Below, piece by piece: positions 27,904 through 42,630 of a DNA stretch of 64,000 nt. Location: contig OZ231126.1 of assembly GCA_965153355.1 (NCBI GenBank), positions 22,506,001-22,570,000 of the forward strand. Direction: 5' to 3'. The notes beneath the pieces are model-generated. The model saw only the letters and a list, made by a program, of their open reading frames with translations. It made no database searches and had not been told where the DNA came from. The position numbers and the translations under genes are program-made. This stretch comes from Flaccisagitta enflata. Lineage: Eukaryota. How positions within the stretch are numbered: position 1 is the stretch's first letter; each line of letters begins with the position of its first letter.

Positions 27904-29392
27904 CACTGTGGTCCCCAAAATGAAAATTTGGGCGCAAACTTAGAAAAGTTTTAACTTCCTATCTACAAAGGTTATCCGGAATCTAAAAAAGAGCTAACTG
28001 ATAATGTTTGACGGGCCAGATCCAATGGTGACGCCCGCAGGCCTGCAGCCATAACAATCTTATAAAAAAAAGGTGATTCAAATTGATTTGGATTGATTCA
28101 AATTTGGATTGATTCAAATTGATTTGGATGCACAGTGCACCACCAATAATAAATACAGGCGCAAAATTAGAAAATTCAGCATTTTTTAGCTACAAAAAAC
28201 CACATTGCTGAAAATTTCATGGTTGATAGTTATTGATATGCCAGTACTAATAGCAATGTCCCTGGGTGCGTAGAACTTACGGTTTCTGTGATATAGACAA
28301 GCAAAGTCAGACTTAAAAATTTCCGAATTGAGGGGACATAATGATTAATTTTGAAAAATCATAAAAGCATTATGTTTTGTAGTATTCACTATGCTGAATC
28401 CAAATATGTTTTTTTTGTCCAAATATGTCAAAACTGAAGGGAAGTCCCTAAAGAAAATCAATAGAATTTTTCAAAAAACATTTTTCAAAACTGTTTTTTT
28501 TTTGCCTAAAAATTAAATTGGAAAATTTTTTGAAAAATTTAGCGAGAAGAAAATGTTTTTGAAAATTTTTTAAAAATTTTAGTAGGTAAAAATTCTAGCG
28601 AGAAAAATTTTAGCGAAGAAAAATTTTAGCGAGAAAAAAATTTTGGCGAAAAAAAATCATGGTGAGAAAAAATTTTAGGGAGAAAATATCTTAGCAAAAA
28701 AATTTTAGCAAAAAATATCTTAGCAAAAAAATTTTAGCAAAAAAAATTCTAGCAAGAATAATTTTGCCAAGAAAAAATTTTAGCAAGAAACAATTTAAAA
28801 AAAAATTATAGCGAGAAAAAATTTTAGCGAGGAAAGTTTTGATGAGAAAAAATTTTAGCAAGAAAAATTTTACCAAGAAAAAATTTTAGCGAGAAAAAAT
28901 TTCAGCAAAAAAAATTTTAGCGAAAAAAAATTTTAATGAAAAAAATTTTAGCAAAAAAAAATTTTAATGAAAAAATTTTTTTGCGAGAAAAAATTTTAGC
29001 GAGAAAAGACTTAAGCAAAAAAAAATTACGTTTTTCTCTGTTGCAGAAATGATAAGTTCTAAATTCCCAATGTTGCCATTGGATCAGACATATCAAAAAC
29101 TGTAAACTACAGATTTTTTAAAGATCAGGGTTTTCTTAAGATCAAGAATTTTAAATTTTTTTATTTTGCGCCTGAATTTGCAATTTGTGGCGCACTGTGC
29201 GCTGAATATCAAACTAAATCACCCTTTCACTCTAAAACTGTTACTGCTACACACCTGCGGGTGTTACCATTTTATCCGGCACATCAATTACTGCCAGGTA
29301 GTGTTTTTTTTAGGATACTGAATAACTTCTGTGGGCGAAAAACTTAAATTTCTTAAGTTAGCGCCAAAATTTTCATTTTGGGGACCACAGTG
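27904..29392. mobile_element. Transib-like non-autonomous element with doubled CACTGTG/CACAGTG ends and an internal ~21-bp (aaaaattttagcgag) minisatellite
   Basis: Outer TIR cactgtggtccccaaaatgaaaattt at 27904 / 29392; inner TIR cacagtgc…caggcgcaaaat at 28131 / 29199. The arms are homologous throughout; no clean TSD. Confidence 0.65.
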
Positions 29393-30919
29393 CGCTGAAA
29401 TTTTGTAGGCGGCGCTCGGTTCGACGACCCTCGATGTTGTCGGCTGCTGACGTCGTATTTCTTAGCGGATCGCCATGAAATTTTAACTGGAAGAATTTCA
29501 GACACGTGTGAAGCCTTGGTAAAAATTTCAGCGACTTGGAGTGATGCTAAGTATGTTAGTTTGGCAATCGAAGTTGATCAAAGCTCGTCGACGATGTTGA
29601 AATCCAAGAATATGTGTTCACACTATAAATGCGATTAATACGAACAAACGCGTTTGTTGTCACTAGAAACATGCCCTAAGTTGATCCTGTAAAGTCGAGT
29701 GCTATGCGACTCTACACCCCACTTTGTCCATCTGTCCATTTATTGGTTGGTCGGTCTGTTCGTTTGCCACATTTTGTTTTTTTTATTTGGATTTGAGGCC
29801 TGAGAGGCCCAACTTGAGACCTGAGAGGCCAGGATTGAGGTCTGAGAGGTGGGATTTCAGGCCGGAGAGGCCAGATTTTAGGCCTGAGACTCTGATTTTG
29901 AGGCCTGAGAGGCTGGATCTAAGGCTTGAGAGGCCAGATTTGAGGCCTGAAAGGCCAGATTCGAGGCCTGAGGGGCGTGATGAAGGGGGGATGAACGAAA
30001 AACGAACCAAGGAACGGACGAACAAAAGTCCCCCATTGCTCTACAGGACTTTGTCCCCCTCAGGGCCGCTGCCCAAAAAGTCGTTATCATTTGCCACTTT
30101 CCTCAAAACTTCTGTCTTCAGTCACTGCATCTTTTTATTTCTTAGATTAAATCATGAGCATTTGTATGTATTGAACGCACTAAAAATCCGAGAAAAATAG
30201 GACTGAGCTAAATGAGCTATATGAGCTAAAATACTCAAAAACACCCTCATAGACGAGAAGTGTTGCTCAAATACAAGTTTACTTGTATCTGCATGCTCAA
30301 ACAAATATCAGAACACTCCTTTGTTGATCCTACTTAAAATAAGAGAAGAGGGATTGACCTTATTAGGCTAAATGATCTTAATGAGCTATAGTACCCTCAC
30401 AGATGAGCAGCTATGCATGTTTTCTCGTATTTGCATAATCAGACAAAGGCAGAGCAAATAGCGGAATGTAATGGACAGAGCACTTGTTCAAGGGCACAGA
30501 TCACTACTGTAGTTACAGGGAGAATAAAAGTTCGCGCTTCGTGTTTTAGTTGCATGACTCAACACCTCACTTTGTCTCTCTGTCCATCGGTCCGTCCTTC
30601 AGTAATAAACGTTTCATACTTTTTTCATTGCGGCGAAGGCCAGTCTATTTTAAGGTCTTGTGTGTCTGTTTGAAATGCATTTTGTTTTATTTCCATGTTT
30701 GTCAGAAATTTTGTTTGAAAGGTCTGACGCACGCGACGTTGTTCTAATGAACGTATCTTCACTCATTCTTTATACAAACAAAAGATAGTGTCAATGGTTG
30801 ATCATGTAGGTAATTACGGTATTGACTTATTCGGCTCCGATCGCGCTCTGATTGGCCGACAGTCGTTTAAGACGTCAGGAAGGCAACTCTCTGGACTGGT
30901 GAGTTTTGATCGAAGAATA

Positions 30920-31261
30920 CACTCTTTTTTTTTCATAAGAACATCATTTTATTTTTAAAGGCTTTATGTTCTTTATTTTCAAGGCCAAATGAAGCCTTCA
31001 ACATTTTTAGAGTGTTCTTAATCAATTACACTAAATATAAATACATTTCTATTAAATATTGTTAAAAAAAACTCCAATATTACAAATTATAAAGTATCAT
31101 CTTAATTTCACTAAAATTCAAGTGTTTTCTTAATGTTCATTAAATAATATTGTAAGCGGAATTTTTTTATCAAGATTTGATGCCTTCGTATGTTCTTAAG
31201 ATGTTCTTAATTTTTGGGGCTATTCAAAGCCTTGATGTTCTTATATAGAAAAAAAAGAGTG
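30920..31261. mobile_element. TA-flanked MITE (CACT…AGTG ends); inverted second copy at 31380-34098 carries a ~2.3-kb insertion
   Basis: ta|cactcttttttt…ataagaac and gttcttat…aaaagagtg|ta; the internal sequence of the two copies is homologous in reverse. Confidence 0.75.
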
Positions 31262-33054
31262 TAAAGGAAGGGAAAAAAAGAGAACCAACTTCTGAGTAAG
31301 GAGTAAGAACAAAGTTTATTAGGCTTGGAGGCTGAGACTTTGATGAATAAGATGATGAGGAGGGGGAGGATGACAACTACACTTTTTTTTTTTATAAGAA
31401 CCTAGTTTATAAGAACATCAAGGCTTCGAATGGCCTCAAAATTAAGAACATCTTAAGAACATACAAAGGCTTCAAATCTTGAGAAAAAAATTTCGCTTAC
31501 GATGAAATTGAAAAAATATTTAAAAAACCCTTGAATTTTATTATAATTAAGATCATATTTTATGATTTTTAAACAAATACCATAAAAACATCCCCAGATT
31601 TTAATAATTGGTATTTGTTTTAATAGTATTTAATTAAAATATCTTTAGTATAATTGAGTGATAGTATATTATAAGGTTTCTTATAGTTTATATGGTACTT
31701 CACAGTAGGCCGAACCAGCACAGTATTATACAGGGCACAGTATGTCAAAATTCAAGAAAAAAAAAAACGCCAAACCTAATCTTTAGTCTATATGCTTCCA
31801 TTCAACCAGCCACAAGATCCTATCTTGACCGGAAGTAGGTGCCCACTATGTAATCGCCCGGACTCTGGCTCTGGAAGCAAAAACGGCCAATTTAGTAATA
31901 ATTTAGTAATGAAAAAAATAATGAAATAATGATTGGAGCTGAAGTGTATTGGTTAGTGTGGAAGGGACCCATCACAATTTTTGATCATTTTGGGCTTTTG
32001 GGGGCTCAGGGGGGGGTAAAAATTGAGTTACGAGGCTCATTTTGCTTAAAATAGAGGTGGTCAGTACTCTATTTATTTTTTTAAAACCATGTACACCAAA
32101 ACATTAAGACCATATTATGGTTGCAACATGTAGAGGAGACTGAGGTTTCATAATCAGGTTTCCATATATTGGTACAACTCCAAGTTTTTGCATAATACTA
32201 CAAAACGTATCTTTTAAAAATCAATGAGCAACTTCCCATTATAATCCTATGGAGGGGGAAGAGCAAAAATTTCAGTTTTATTTTTTTTTTAGCTATGTAC
32301 ACCAAAACATTAAGAACATTTTTTTGGCAATTCTTACTCTTTAGTGATGGTCTATCAGGGACAGGTTTCCATATAATGGTACAACTCACCATTTTGGAGT
32401 AATAGCATGTTGCTATTTTACCACTTTTCATAAAAAGGATTCCAGATCAGCTCTATTGTAAATTCTCATCTTTAAGCCACTTTTTTTGATATATTGTTTA
32501 TTGAAAAAACATATTCTTGTTGATAGTGGATAAAAGGAATGTGCATTGTATGACTAGGTAGTGGTGGAGGTGGTGTTGTGGGGAGGAGGAGGAGGAGGAG
32601 GAGGAGGAGGAGGAAGAGACAGCGGTGGCAATAGATTGAAAAAATTCGCAAATTTATAAATAAGACCAAGTTAATTTGCATATTCTTGTTGAGTGGGTAA
32701 GATGAATGTGCAGTATATGACAAGGTGGTATTGGTGGTGGTAGGAGGAGGAGGAGGAGGAGGAGGAGGAGGAGGAGGAGGAGAACAGGAGAAGAAGAAGA
32801 AGGGGTTAATGGAAAAATTGCACAAATTGATAAGGTGGACTAAGCTCATTAACACATTTTTGCCAATAGTGGGTAAGAAGAATGTGTAGAAGGTGGTGGT
32901 TGAGGTGGAGTTGAGGAGGAGGAGGAGGAGGAGTGTAGTAGAGGGCAGCAGCCAAGTGAAAAACTGCCCAAAATGATGATCTTTGACAAATTCTTGTTCA
33001 TAGCGGGAAAATGTGCTATATAAGACAAGATGGTGGTGAAGGTGGTGGTGGAGC

Positions 33055-33890
33055 AATTTGGGGCCCTTTAAGGCCCATGGAGCCTGCAAATCTCCATGAT
33101 ATTGCTTGCCAAGGCTAGCTTGGCCTAAGCAAGGTTGTGTATAGGCATGAAGATATCAAATGACTAAAAAAGATGTGCAAAAAAGCTTATTTTCCTCAAA
33201 ATCGCCATATTTTGGCCATTTTTTGGGCCCTTTGGGCCTGTAAAACTCTTTGATATTGCTTGCCAGGGCTAGCTTGACCCCACCAAGGTTGTACATAGGC
33301 ATGAAGATATCATTTGACCATCAAAAATTAGCAAAAAAGCTTATTTTGCTCAAAATTGCTATTTTTTGGCCATTTTTGGGCCCTTAGGGTCCTCTGGGGC
33401 CCATACAACTCAATGATATTGCTTACCAGGGCTAACTTGACCCTAGTAAATTTGTACAAAGGCTTAAGGATGTCATTTGACTAAAAATAATGAGAAAATA
33501 AGCTTTTTTTCCTCAAAATAACTATTTTTGGGCTATTTTTGGGCCCTTAGGGCCCTCTGGGACACATAAGGCTCCATGATTTTGCTTGCCAGGGCTAGCT
33601 TGACCCAAGTAAGGTAGTACATAGGCATGAGGATATCATTTTAATGTGAGAACTGGGCAAAAAATGTTTTTTTTCCTTAAAATTGGCGTTTTTGGGCCTT
33701 TTTGAGGCCCTTAAGGTCCTCTGGGGCCCGTAAAACTTCATGATAATGCTTACCAGGGCTAGCTTGACTCAAGCAAGGTAGTTCATGGGCACCAAGTTAT
33801 CATTTTAGTACAAAAAATGGGCAAAAAAGCTTATTTTCCTCAAAATCGACATTTTGGGGCCCATAGGGCCCTCTGGGGCCCTTAAAGCTG
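33055..33890. repeat. ~160-bp tandem repeat, about 5 copies
   Basis: The motif gatattgcttgccagggctagcttgaccc recurs at ~33098, 33253, 33416, 33578 and 33742. Confidence 0.85.
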
Positions 33891-34133
33891 GATATTTTTC
33901 CTTATTTTAGCTTCTAATACACTAATAGGTTTGTATTGTACAAAAAAAAATCCATAAAGTGACCAAAATAATAAAGTGCTGGTATTGCCCAAAACGGCCT
34001 ACTTCAAATTTAGTCTTAGAACTGTTCAAACCTTCATTTGGCCTTTAAGAAAGAAAAGAAAGCCTTCCGAAAAAAAAGTGACGTTCTTATAAAAAGTGTA
34101 CTACAACAAGGATGATGACCTTGTTGATGACGG

Positions 34134-34197
<64 letters not shown>

Positions 34198-35896
34198 ACA
34201 CTTTTATATCGAAATTACACTCAACTTTTTTTCCAGAATATGTTTTTCTTTAGATTTCTACGTATAGCGATGCAAGGCTAAACGGGGACGGGAAGAAGGA
34301 ATATACTTTCAACAATGATCATGGTTCACAAGGCCAAATACACGTCCAAAAAAAAGTCGCTTGCGGGTGGGTAGGGGCAGTGTGTGGGTGGGCTCGGCAG
34401 GGGCAGTATATGGCTGGGCGGTGCTATTTTGTGGCTGGGTAGGGGCTGTAATGCTAAGACCGACCAACCAACCAACCGACCGACGGACCAACCGACCGAA
34501 CCAGTAGTTGCGTAGCACGGGACTAAAACGTTGAAGACTGACTTCGACTTTTTTCCCAATTCTATAAATAGTCGCAAAAAGGTGGGAGGGTAACTAAGGA
34601 TCGCACATTGTCAGCGGTACACAATGCCCTACTCCATCCATGTCTGTCCGTCTGTCCATCTGTCCGTCCGTCCGTCCGTCCGTCCGTCCGTCCGTCCGTC
34701 CGTCCGTCCGTCCGTCCGTCCATCCATCCATCCGACCGTACATCAATCTGTCTGTCTATTTGTACGTCCATCTGTACGTCCAGGAGTCTGTCTGTCCATC
34801 TGTATTTTGGTCAGTCGGTCATTTTACTTTTTGGGCAGCGGCCCCGAAGGGGACAAAGTCATGTAGAATACAGGGGACTTTTGTTCGTTTGTTTGTGCGA
34901 TCGTTTATCTGACCCCCCCCCCGCCCACTCAGGCCTGAAATCTGCCCTCTCAGGCCTAAACTGTGCCCTCTCAGGCTGGAAATCTGCCCTCTCAGGCCTT
35001 GAATCTGCCCCCCTCAAGCCTGAATAGAAGGGTTTCAGACCAAGCAATCCAAAATCTTCTTATTGACTGTTGTCTGATCAGAATGCAACGTGTTAATCCT
35101 GCGCATGGCAATACACAATACAAAAATTCTTGATTGATGTGTTGCAGGCTTTTGATTTTAAATGTTTTTAGCGGGCTGTTTGGGTTATGAAGGGGTCAGG
35201 GTAAGGGGTAGGGTTGGGGTTGGATTCAGGATTAGCGTTAGGGCGATGGCGAGCTTAACAGCTTGGGGTAAGGTGGGTGTCAATATTTCTTTGCCGTTAC
35301 AGCTCAAGTCTGCTCGAATTAATGCTTTTTCCATGTGGAGTTATCGATAATAGTCGCAAACGCGTTAGATGGTCAGCGGTACCTGTGCCCTGCCTTAGTA
35401 GGTTATGGTTATAGTTGAGGGGGGAGCAGGGTAGCGGCCCAGAAGGGGTCGATGACCTATGCTTTCACACATGGGAGTTTTGTCCTCCTTCTCCTCCTCC
35501 TCCAACCCCCCCAATAGAGTGGTCACTATCTGACCATTTCATCTCGGTCTCTCCGGCATGAACATGGGCCATCCACTACATCCAAGTGGTATTTCTCTCA
35601 AAGGTTTTTGCTTTTTAAGCATCTGAAAACCCTACGGAGTAAGAAGTGCAGATGAAGATGGAGGTTGTTTTTCTTATCTTTTTTTCTTCTTTTTTTCTTT
35701 TTTTTTCCAAGTTTGTAGGTTATGCCTAACCAAGGGAAAGACATCATGAAATGCGTACAAATCACATTGATAGGATTAGTAAATAGGCAGGGTACACGTT
35801 ACTACAAACTACTAAATCAGAACCCCCCTCCCTCCAATAAAAAGGTGATATATGAAGGAACGAATTCTTTATTTCATTCGTTTTTTGCATTGAATA

Positions 35897-35930
<34 letters not shown>

Positions 35931-35957
35931 TGTGTGTGTGTGTATGCGGGTGTGTGT

Positions 35958-36028
<71 letters not shown>

Positions 36029-36129
36029 GAGAAGGAGGGAGGGGGGGACGGTGGTATGATCAATATGATGGTGAAAATTATAAACATTTGCGCATGCACA
36101 AGACTTAGTAGCCATTTTTCAGTCGGTTG

Positions 36130-36228
<99 letters not shown>

Positions 36229-36259
36229 ACACACACACAGACACACAAACACACACACA

Positions 36260-36302
<43 letters not shown>

Positions 36303-36389
36303 AGACACACACACACACACAGACACACACACACACACACACACAGACACACACACAGACACACACACACACAGACACACACACACACA

Positions 36390-36423
<34 letters not shown>

Positions 36424-37112
36424 CAATGACAACCGAAGCTCCTAAAATGCATATTTTTAAACCTTTCAACTTGACCTTCATAAATTAACGAAGTAACTAA
36501 ATGATAGATGGACATACAGATTCATGACGAAAACCGAGGCCAAAATCCCAGCGTTTAGATCAAAATCCCAGCCTCGGGGCCAAAATCTCAGCTTTGAGGC
36601 TCTAATTCTTGCCTAGAGGCTCAAGTCCCAGGCTCAAGGCCAAAATCTCAGCCATAAGGCCCAAACCCCAGCCTCGAGGCCCAAATCCCAGCTCTTAGGC
36701 CCAAAACCAGAATTGAGGCCGAAATCTCAATTACTGGGAGGAGAAGGAGAAAATTCCCTGTGTGTGAAAGCTGCCCTGCTTTCTGACTCAACTTCAAGCA
36801 CAACTTACTCAGGCAGGGCACGAGTACCGCTGATCATCTAAAACTTTTGCGACTATAACCCATGGTGGCCCTTTTTAGTCGCAGACACGTGACTCCACCT
36901 TGCTGTGTTGGTCCGTCGGTAGGTCACATTTTTTTGATTGCGATCGGTTTTTGCATTATTGCTCCTGCCCAACCGTCCGCGACTGGATTACCGTGTATTA
37001 GGCCTTGTTAAATGTGTTCTCGCATCTCAAGAAGAGGCCTTGTCCATTCATCCTTCCGTCCGTTGGAGCGTGGCGTTTTTTTGTTTTTTTTTTGTTTGCG
37101 TAAAATTGAGCA

Positions 37113-37279
<167 letters not shown>

Positions 37280-38300
37280 AGTTTTTTAACAAGCTCAGTG
37301 GCAGAAAGAAAATACAGAGGACCCGTCTATAGGATTTTGGGACTTGTCTGTTCGTTTCTTGTCCCAAAATTGTAAAAATTTTGCTGGAAAGCGTTTTTGG
37401 TCGCAAGCTAAGCGACTCTATAAGAGGGAAAATAGGTCTATATATAGGGAGGTAGAAAGTTAACGCGAAAGTTCTAAGGACGCAAAATTGGCTGAAATAG
37501 CAACTTTTGAGCATTACAGCCCCTGCCCAGCCACAATACAGCCCCCGCCGTGTATCTAGCCTAGTTGAATTTGGCTGTCCCTTTAGTACTTCTAGTCACG
37601 GACAGGCAACTCTATAAGATGCTTTGTCCATTGGTCCATTGGTAAGTTCGTCCGTTATGCTTTAGTCAAAAAGCAGAAAAATGATTGCTCTAGTTTTTTG
37701 TGTGTGGGGTTGGGGTTTGTGTGTGGATGGGGGTAAGGGGTTGGACGCCTCTGCCCACCCATGTGTGCAGATATCATAACTGCGTGGTACATTATAAAAT
37801 GAGCTCACGTTGAGGTCTGTGCTCAATTCGTTTAGGAGACATGATAGCGCAATGTTGTGAGGGTTTTCACTATTTCCCTGAAAATAATATCAACTTTGGA
37901 AGACTTGCTCCTAAATGAATCAAGCTACAAATCTCAACTTGGGATCATTTTCAAGAGCTGGGTCTGCCCTTTAAAATGAGCCCAAGTTGAGGTCATTTTG
38001 TCAATTCGTTAAGGAGATAGGAGCCGTTGAATTTATCTCTTGAAAAAAAGAAGAAAATAGGCATTTACCACTTTTACCCCTCCTCCTCCTCCTACTCCGT
38101 ATTGTTTTAGTCGGATAGAAGAGTCGTCAAACTTGGGAAATAAACTCTGTAATAGTTATGTGATACCCCCTTTCATGCCGTAGTGAGCAACGTAATCGAG
38201 TCATGTATGACCACTCTACCCCCCAACCTCCAGGCCCATATATTAGCCTCGAAGTCCATATCCCAGCCTTAAGGCCCAAGTCCCAGTCTCGAGGTCAAAA

Positions 38301-39092
38301 CGGTCAGGATTCTGGTTAGAGAAAATCTCAATTTTAAGGGTTTTGAAAAAAAAAATGGACACATCAAAGTTTTTTGCACAGGGGACCTAAAAAGGCTGAG
38401 AACACGATTCTGATATTCATTTTGACCTAACTTGAGCCAAAAAAATTAGAAACGTTCTTTTATGTAAAAAATTGTGTTTTTTGCTATAAAAACACTAATT
38501 GTTTCATATTTTTGGGTTAATTCTGACTGATATTGATGTATGTTGATCATTTGCACTGTGCTGATTCAATTTTTGATGTTTCTACACAATTTTTGCTATT
38601 TTTGAAAGTTTGCACTTGATCTCATTTGCATATTGCGGTTTCGCGTTTTTCGCCTATAACATGCATGTTTTTTTGAGTACATCAATAAAATTCATACTGA
38701 TAGCATATCTTACCCTTAGAAACTGTTCCAAAACATCAGTTTTTAGAATTTTTTGATTTTGGGTCATTTTTTCATTTTTGAGGATTCTAATGCAATTTTT
38801 AAACCTCGCAGACCTATTCAAAATCGTTCTAGGTTCACTCAAATATCAATTGCTATTGGTACTTTGAGTTTCTGTTAAAGAAATCTTAAATGTTTCATTT
38901 TACACCATTTTTTAAAGAAAAATAACTGTTTTTAGCACAAAAAACCGTTTCTAATTTCTTTGGCTCAAGCTAGGTCAAAATGAATATCAAAATCATGTTC
39001 TACAGCCTTTTTAGGTCCTCTGTGCAAAAATCTGTGAGGTGTCCATTTTTTTATATTTTCTTTTAGCTTTTTGCAACCGGGAATCCTGACCG
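38301..39092. mobile_element. Non-autonomous TIR element (~150-bp imperfect TIRs, apparent AAAA TSD) nested in a family-B element
   Basis: aaaa|cggtcaggattc…gaatcctgaccg|aaaa; arms share ggacctaaaaaggctg…gatattcattttgaccta.cttgagccaaa. Confidence 0.8.
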
Positions 39093-39438
39093 AAAATCCC
39101 TCATGGCCGGAGTTTGGGCCTTAAAGATAGGATTTTGGCTATAAGATGGGATTTGGGCCTAGAGGTTGGGATTTGGACCTCGACATTAGGATTTGGGCCT
39201 CAAGGCTGGGATATGGGCTTTGAGGCTGAGATATGGGCCTAGAGGTGGGGGGGTACGGAGAAGAAGAAGGAGGAGAAGGAGGATAAAATTCCCCTGTGTG
39301 GAAGCATAGGTCATCGACCCCTTTGGGGCCGCTGCCCAAAAAGGGAAAATGCGAAGATTTCTTTAAAGACGTCTCGATCACTGCGGTGATGAACAAAAAA
39401 AGGTGAAGTTTAGGAGTAAGTGATGAATAAAAACAGTA

Positions 39439-39615
39439 CAGTTGAACCCCGCTCTTACGGATTTCAGGGGACAAATAATTGTTTTCTGTTATAAGGGGAC
39501 TTATGTTCTTGCCAACAAAGGGAATAAAAGAAATATACTTGAAGCTTCCATGAATTTGCACATTTTATAGGCAGAAATCTGTTGGTGGTGGGTCCATTAG
39601 AGCACGGTTCAACTG
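39439..39615. mobile_element. Short Tc1/mariner (Tigger-like) MITE
   Basis: ta|cagttgaacc…ggttcaactg|ta. Confidence 0.75.
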
Positions 39616-40404
39616 TATGTTTTACTTTCCGAAGTTTCGAACTGATTGCACAGAACATCATCTGGAGATAGGAAAGGAAATCAAAGGGGGAAAAAGAGGA
39701 AACCTTAACTACACTTTTTCTCTGCCTTATGGAGGAGAAAATCATAACGACGTGTCGCGGGGAAAAAAATCTACGGCGGGGGGGGGGGGAATATTCCATA
39801 TTTTCCGGTATTTTTTGCCCCCTCTAATTACGCCCCCCCCCCCTTTCCAGAAAAAAATGCTCATGACAAAATTAAATTTTTAGATAAAACCTATCAGGTT
39901 CATTATGAATTAAGTTTTTCTTTGCATAAAAACAAGGCCAAGTAGGCCAATAGGTGCGACGTGTGGATCGTCGAACGAATGCGTTACAGACAGACCGACC
40001 AACCAACGGACACAGCCAGTTATAGAGGTGCTTTGTCGCACCTAAAAATGTAAGAATGATATACAATGCAAAAATATCATTTCTAGTGTTTCAGCGTTTT
40101 ATTGCTTTCAATTACAAAATATTCATCAAAAAGTTTCATACAAAACCATCTATATATGAGTGAATGAGGGGGCGCTGATTGTAGATTAAAAAAGACAATG
40201 TTGTATTTCAACTTCATTAGCGCATTGTTGGCTACCCCATGTTCAATCTCAAAAAAAAAAAAGCTAACATTTCTAAACGCAACCAGTCAGTGATTTCAAA
40301 TCATTTTTCTCTTGTAGTAATATGGTTGACGTTTTTTGTGTAAAAATTTCATTGGTCTAGCCTTTATAGTTTGTTCACAATATCAATTTTAAGTAAAACA
40401 AGTA

Positions 40405-41154
40405 CAGTGGGAACCCGATCTAACGACCCTGGAGGGACTGGGGATTTTTGGTCGTTAAATCGGAATGTTGTTAAATCGAATTTCCAAATTTCTTTTATTG
40501 ATATAAACCGCTTTATGACTATGCAACTAAGGCTAGTATCAGTGTCCAATCAATAGTGGTAGTTATTATTCAAACATTTGTGAAAATGGCCAACATACAA
40601 ACATAAAGAAAAACAGTCAGAACTACAGAAAAATAGAGAGAAAGAAAAACAGACAGACAAAAGTAGCCTCATAAAGACTCACAGTGTCATGTAAAAGAAT
40701 AAGTTCAAGATATCATGAATTATTTCGGGGATATAAAATATCACTGAAAAAATTTTGATTAAAATCTTTTTTATAAAATGTTTCTCTACTGATGATATTT
40801 CATTCTTCTTGTTCATAGATCCTTTTGCTAGATTCGTCATGTTTACAGAAAAGGTCTTAGATTATGTTAAAATATTTTTCATCAATTTTAAAATAATCAA
40901 AACCTGAATGAAAATCTTTGATTAAAAAAGAATCCCAGGACTAAGTTGAAATGTCAGCGTCACTAAATCAGGGAAAAATTTTTTAAGGGACCTGGAGATG
41001 GCAACTTTAAATCAGGTTTGGATGTTATATCAGGTGTCGTTAAATCAGATAAAATTAACACTACAAAAGCCTGCAAAAATTTGGGACCAAAGAAACCTGG
41101 ATGTTAAATCTGAAATGTCGTTAAATCAGGTGACGAAAAGGCGGTAGTCCACTG
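40405..41154 (-). mobile_element. Tc1/mariner-type non-autonomous element (family of 3773-4604)
   Basis: ta|cagtgggaacccgat…gcggtagtccactg|ta; reverse homologue of 3773-4604. Confidence 0.8.
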
Positions 41155-41825
41155 TATATCAAGTTTGTGCTAAAAACCTCTCCTTTTTATCATGACAGTT
41201 GGACTCAAGTATAATTTGAAAATGTTTACATCTAAGACCAATCTGGCACCGGTTATAAAGCCGTTTGAGAATTAAAGGCAGAATATGGAAAAACAATGTT
41301 GATGAAAATATGTGTTTTGAGCTTTAACTGCAAACACTTGTTTTACTTCAAATTGATGTTGTGGACAAACCGTTTAAGCTAGACCAATGAAATTTGTACA
41401 CAAAAACTCAAACATAATACTGCAATAGAAAAATAGTTTGAAATCACTGACTTAATGCATTTAGATATGTAAGCTTTTTACTTTTCCGACTTTGAGATTG
41501 AACACCCCGTATTACTGCAGTAGGCGTCATTGGAGCAGTTCGTGGATTTTTTTCAGCCTTTTTTTTTTTTTTTTGCCAGGTTATGCTCATGTAAAACTTC
41601 TTTCATTTAATAGCCGAGCAATGAACAGAAACTGATCCTGAGTTAGAATCGTTCTTCAATCGATCGATGCTGCTCTGTCAGCTGATTCCGCGGCCGCGGT
41701 CATCACCATCATCGAATACTGTAGGACATTTCATCAAGATTCATTGAAGAGAGAACGGCATTGTAACCCAGCCCGAAGTTCTTCATCGGTAGTTTTGATA
41801 ACGATGATTGTAAGAATTGAAAAAG

Positions 41826-41920
<95 letters not shown>

Positions 41921-41921
41921 G

Positions 41922-42551
41922 ATGAATGAATGAATGAATGAATGAATGAATGAATGAATGAATGAATGAATGAATTAATGAATGAATGAATGAATGAATG
42001 AATGAATGAATGAATGAATGAATTAATGAATGAATGAATGAATGAATGAATGAATGAATGAATGAATGAATGAATGAATGAACGAATGAATGAATGATTG
42101 AATGAATGAATGAACGAGTGAATGAGTGAATGAATGAATGAATGGATGAATGAACGAGTAAATGAATGAATGAATGGATGAATGAACGAGTGAATAAATG
42201 AATGAACAAATGAACAAATGAATGAATGAATGAATGAATGATTGCATGAGTGAATGAGTGTATGAGTGAATGAATGAATGATTGAATGACTGAATGATTG
42301 GATGAATAAATGAATGAATGAATGAATGAATGAATGAATGAATGAACCAGTGAATGAATTCATGAACGAGTGAATGAATGAATGAACAAATGAATGAATG
42401 AATGAACAAATGAATGAATGAATGAACGAGTGAATGAATGAGTGGATGAATGAATGAATGAACGAGTTCATGAACAAGTGAATGAACGAGTGAGTGAATA
42501 AATGAATGAACGAGTGAATGAATGAATGAATGAATCAACGAGTGAATGAAT
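41922..42551. repeat. ~630-bp degenerate (GAAT)n microsatellite abutting the Penelope-like element, preceded by (GTT)n
   Basis: Direct inspection. Confidence 0.95.
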
Positions 42552-42598
42552 GAAATTTCACCATGCGACCAGAGCCACAACGTCAACAACACCATCGA

Positions 42599-42630
<32 letters not shown>

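Noticed and set aside
35190-35280. Degenerate TTAGGG-like run
   Set aside because: Too short and degenerate to call an interstitial telomere.
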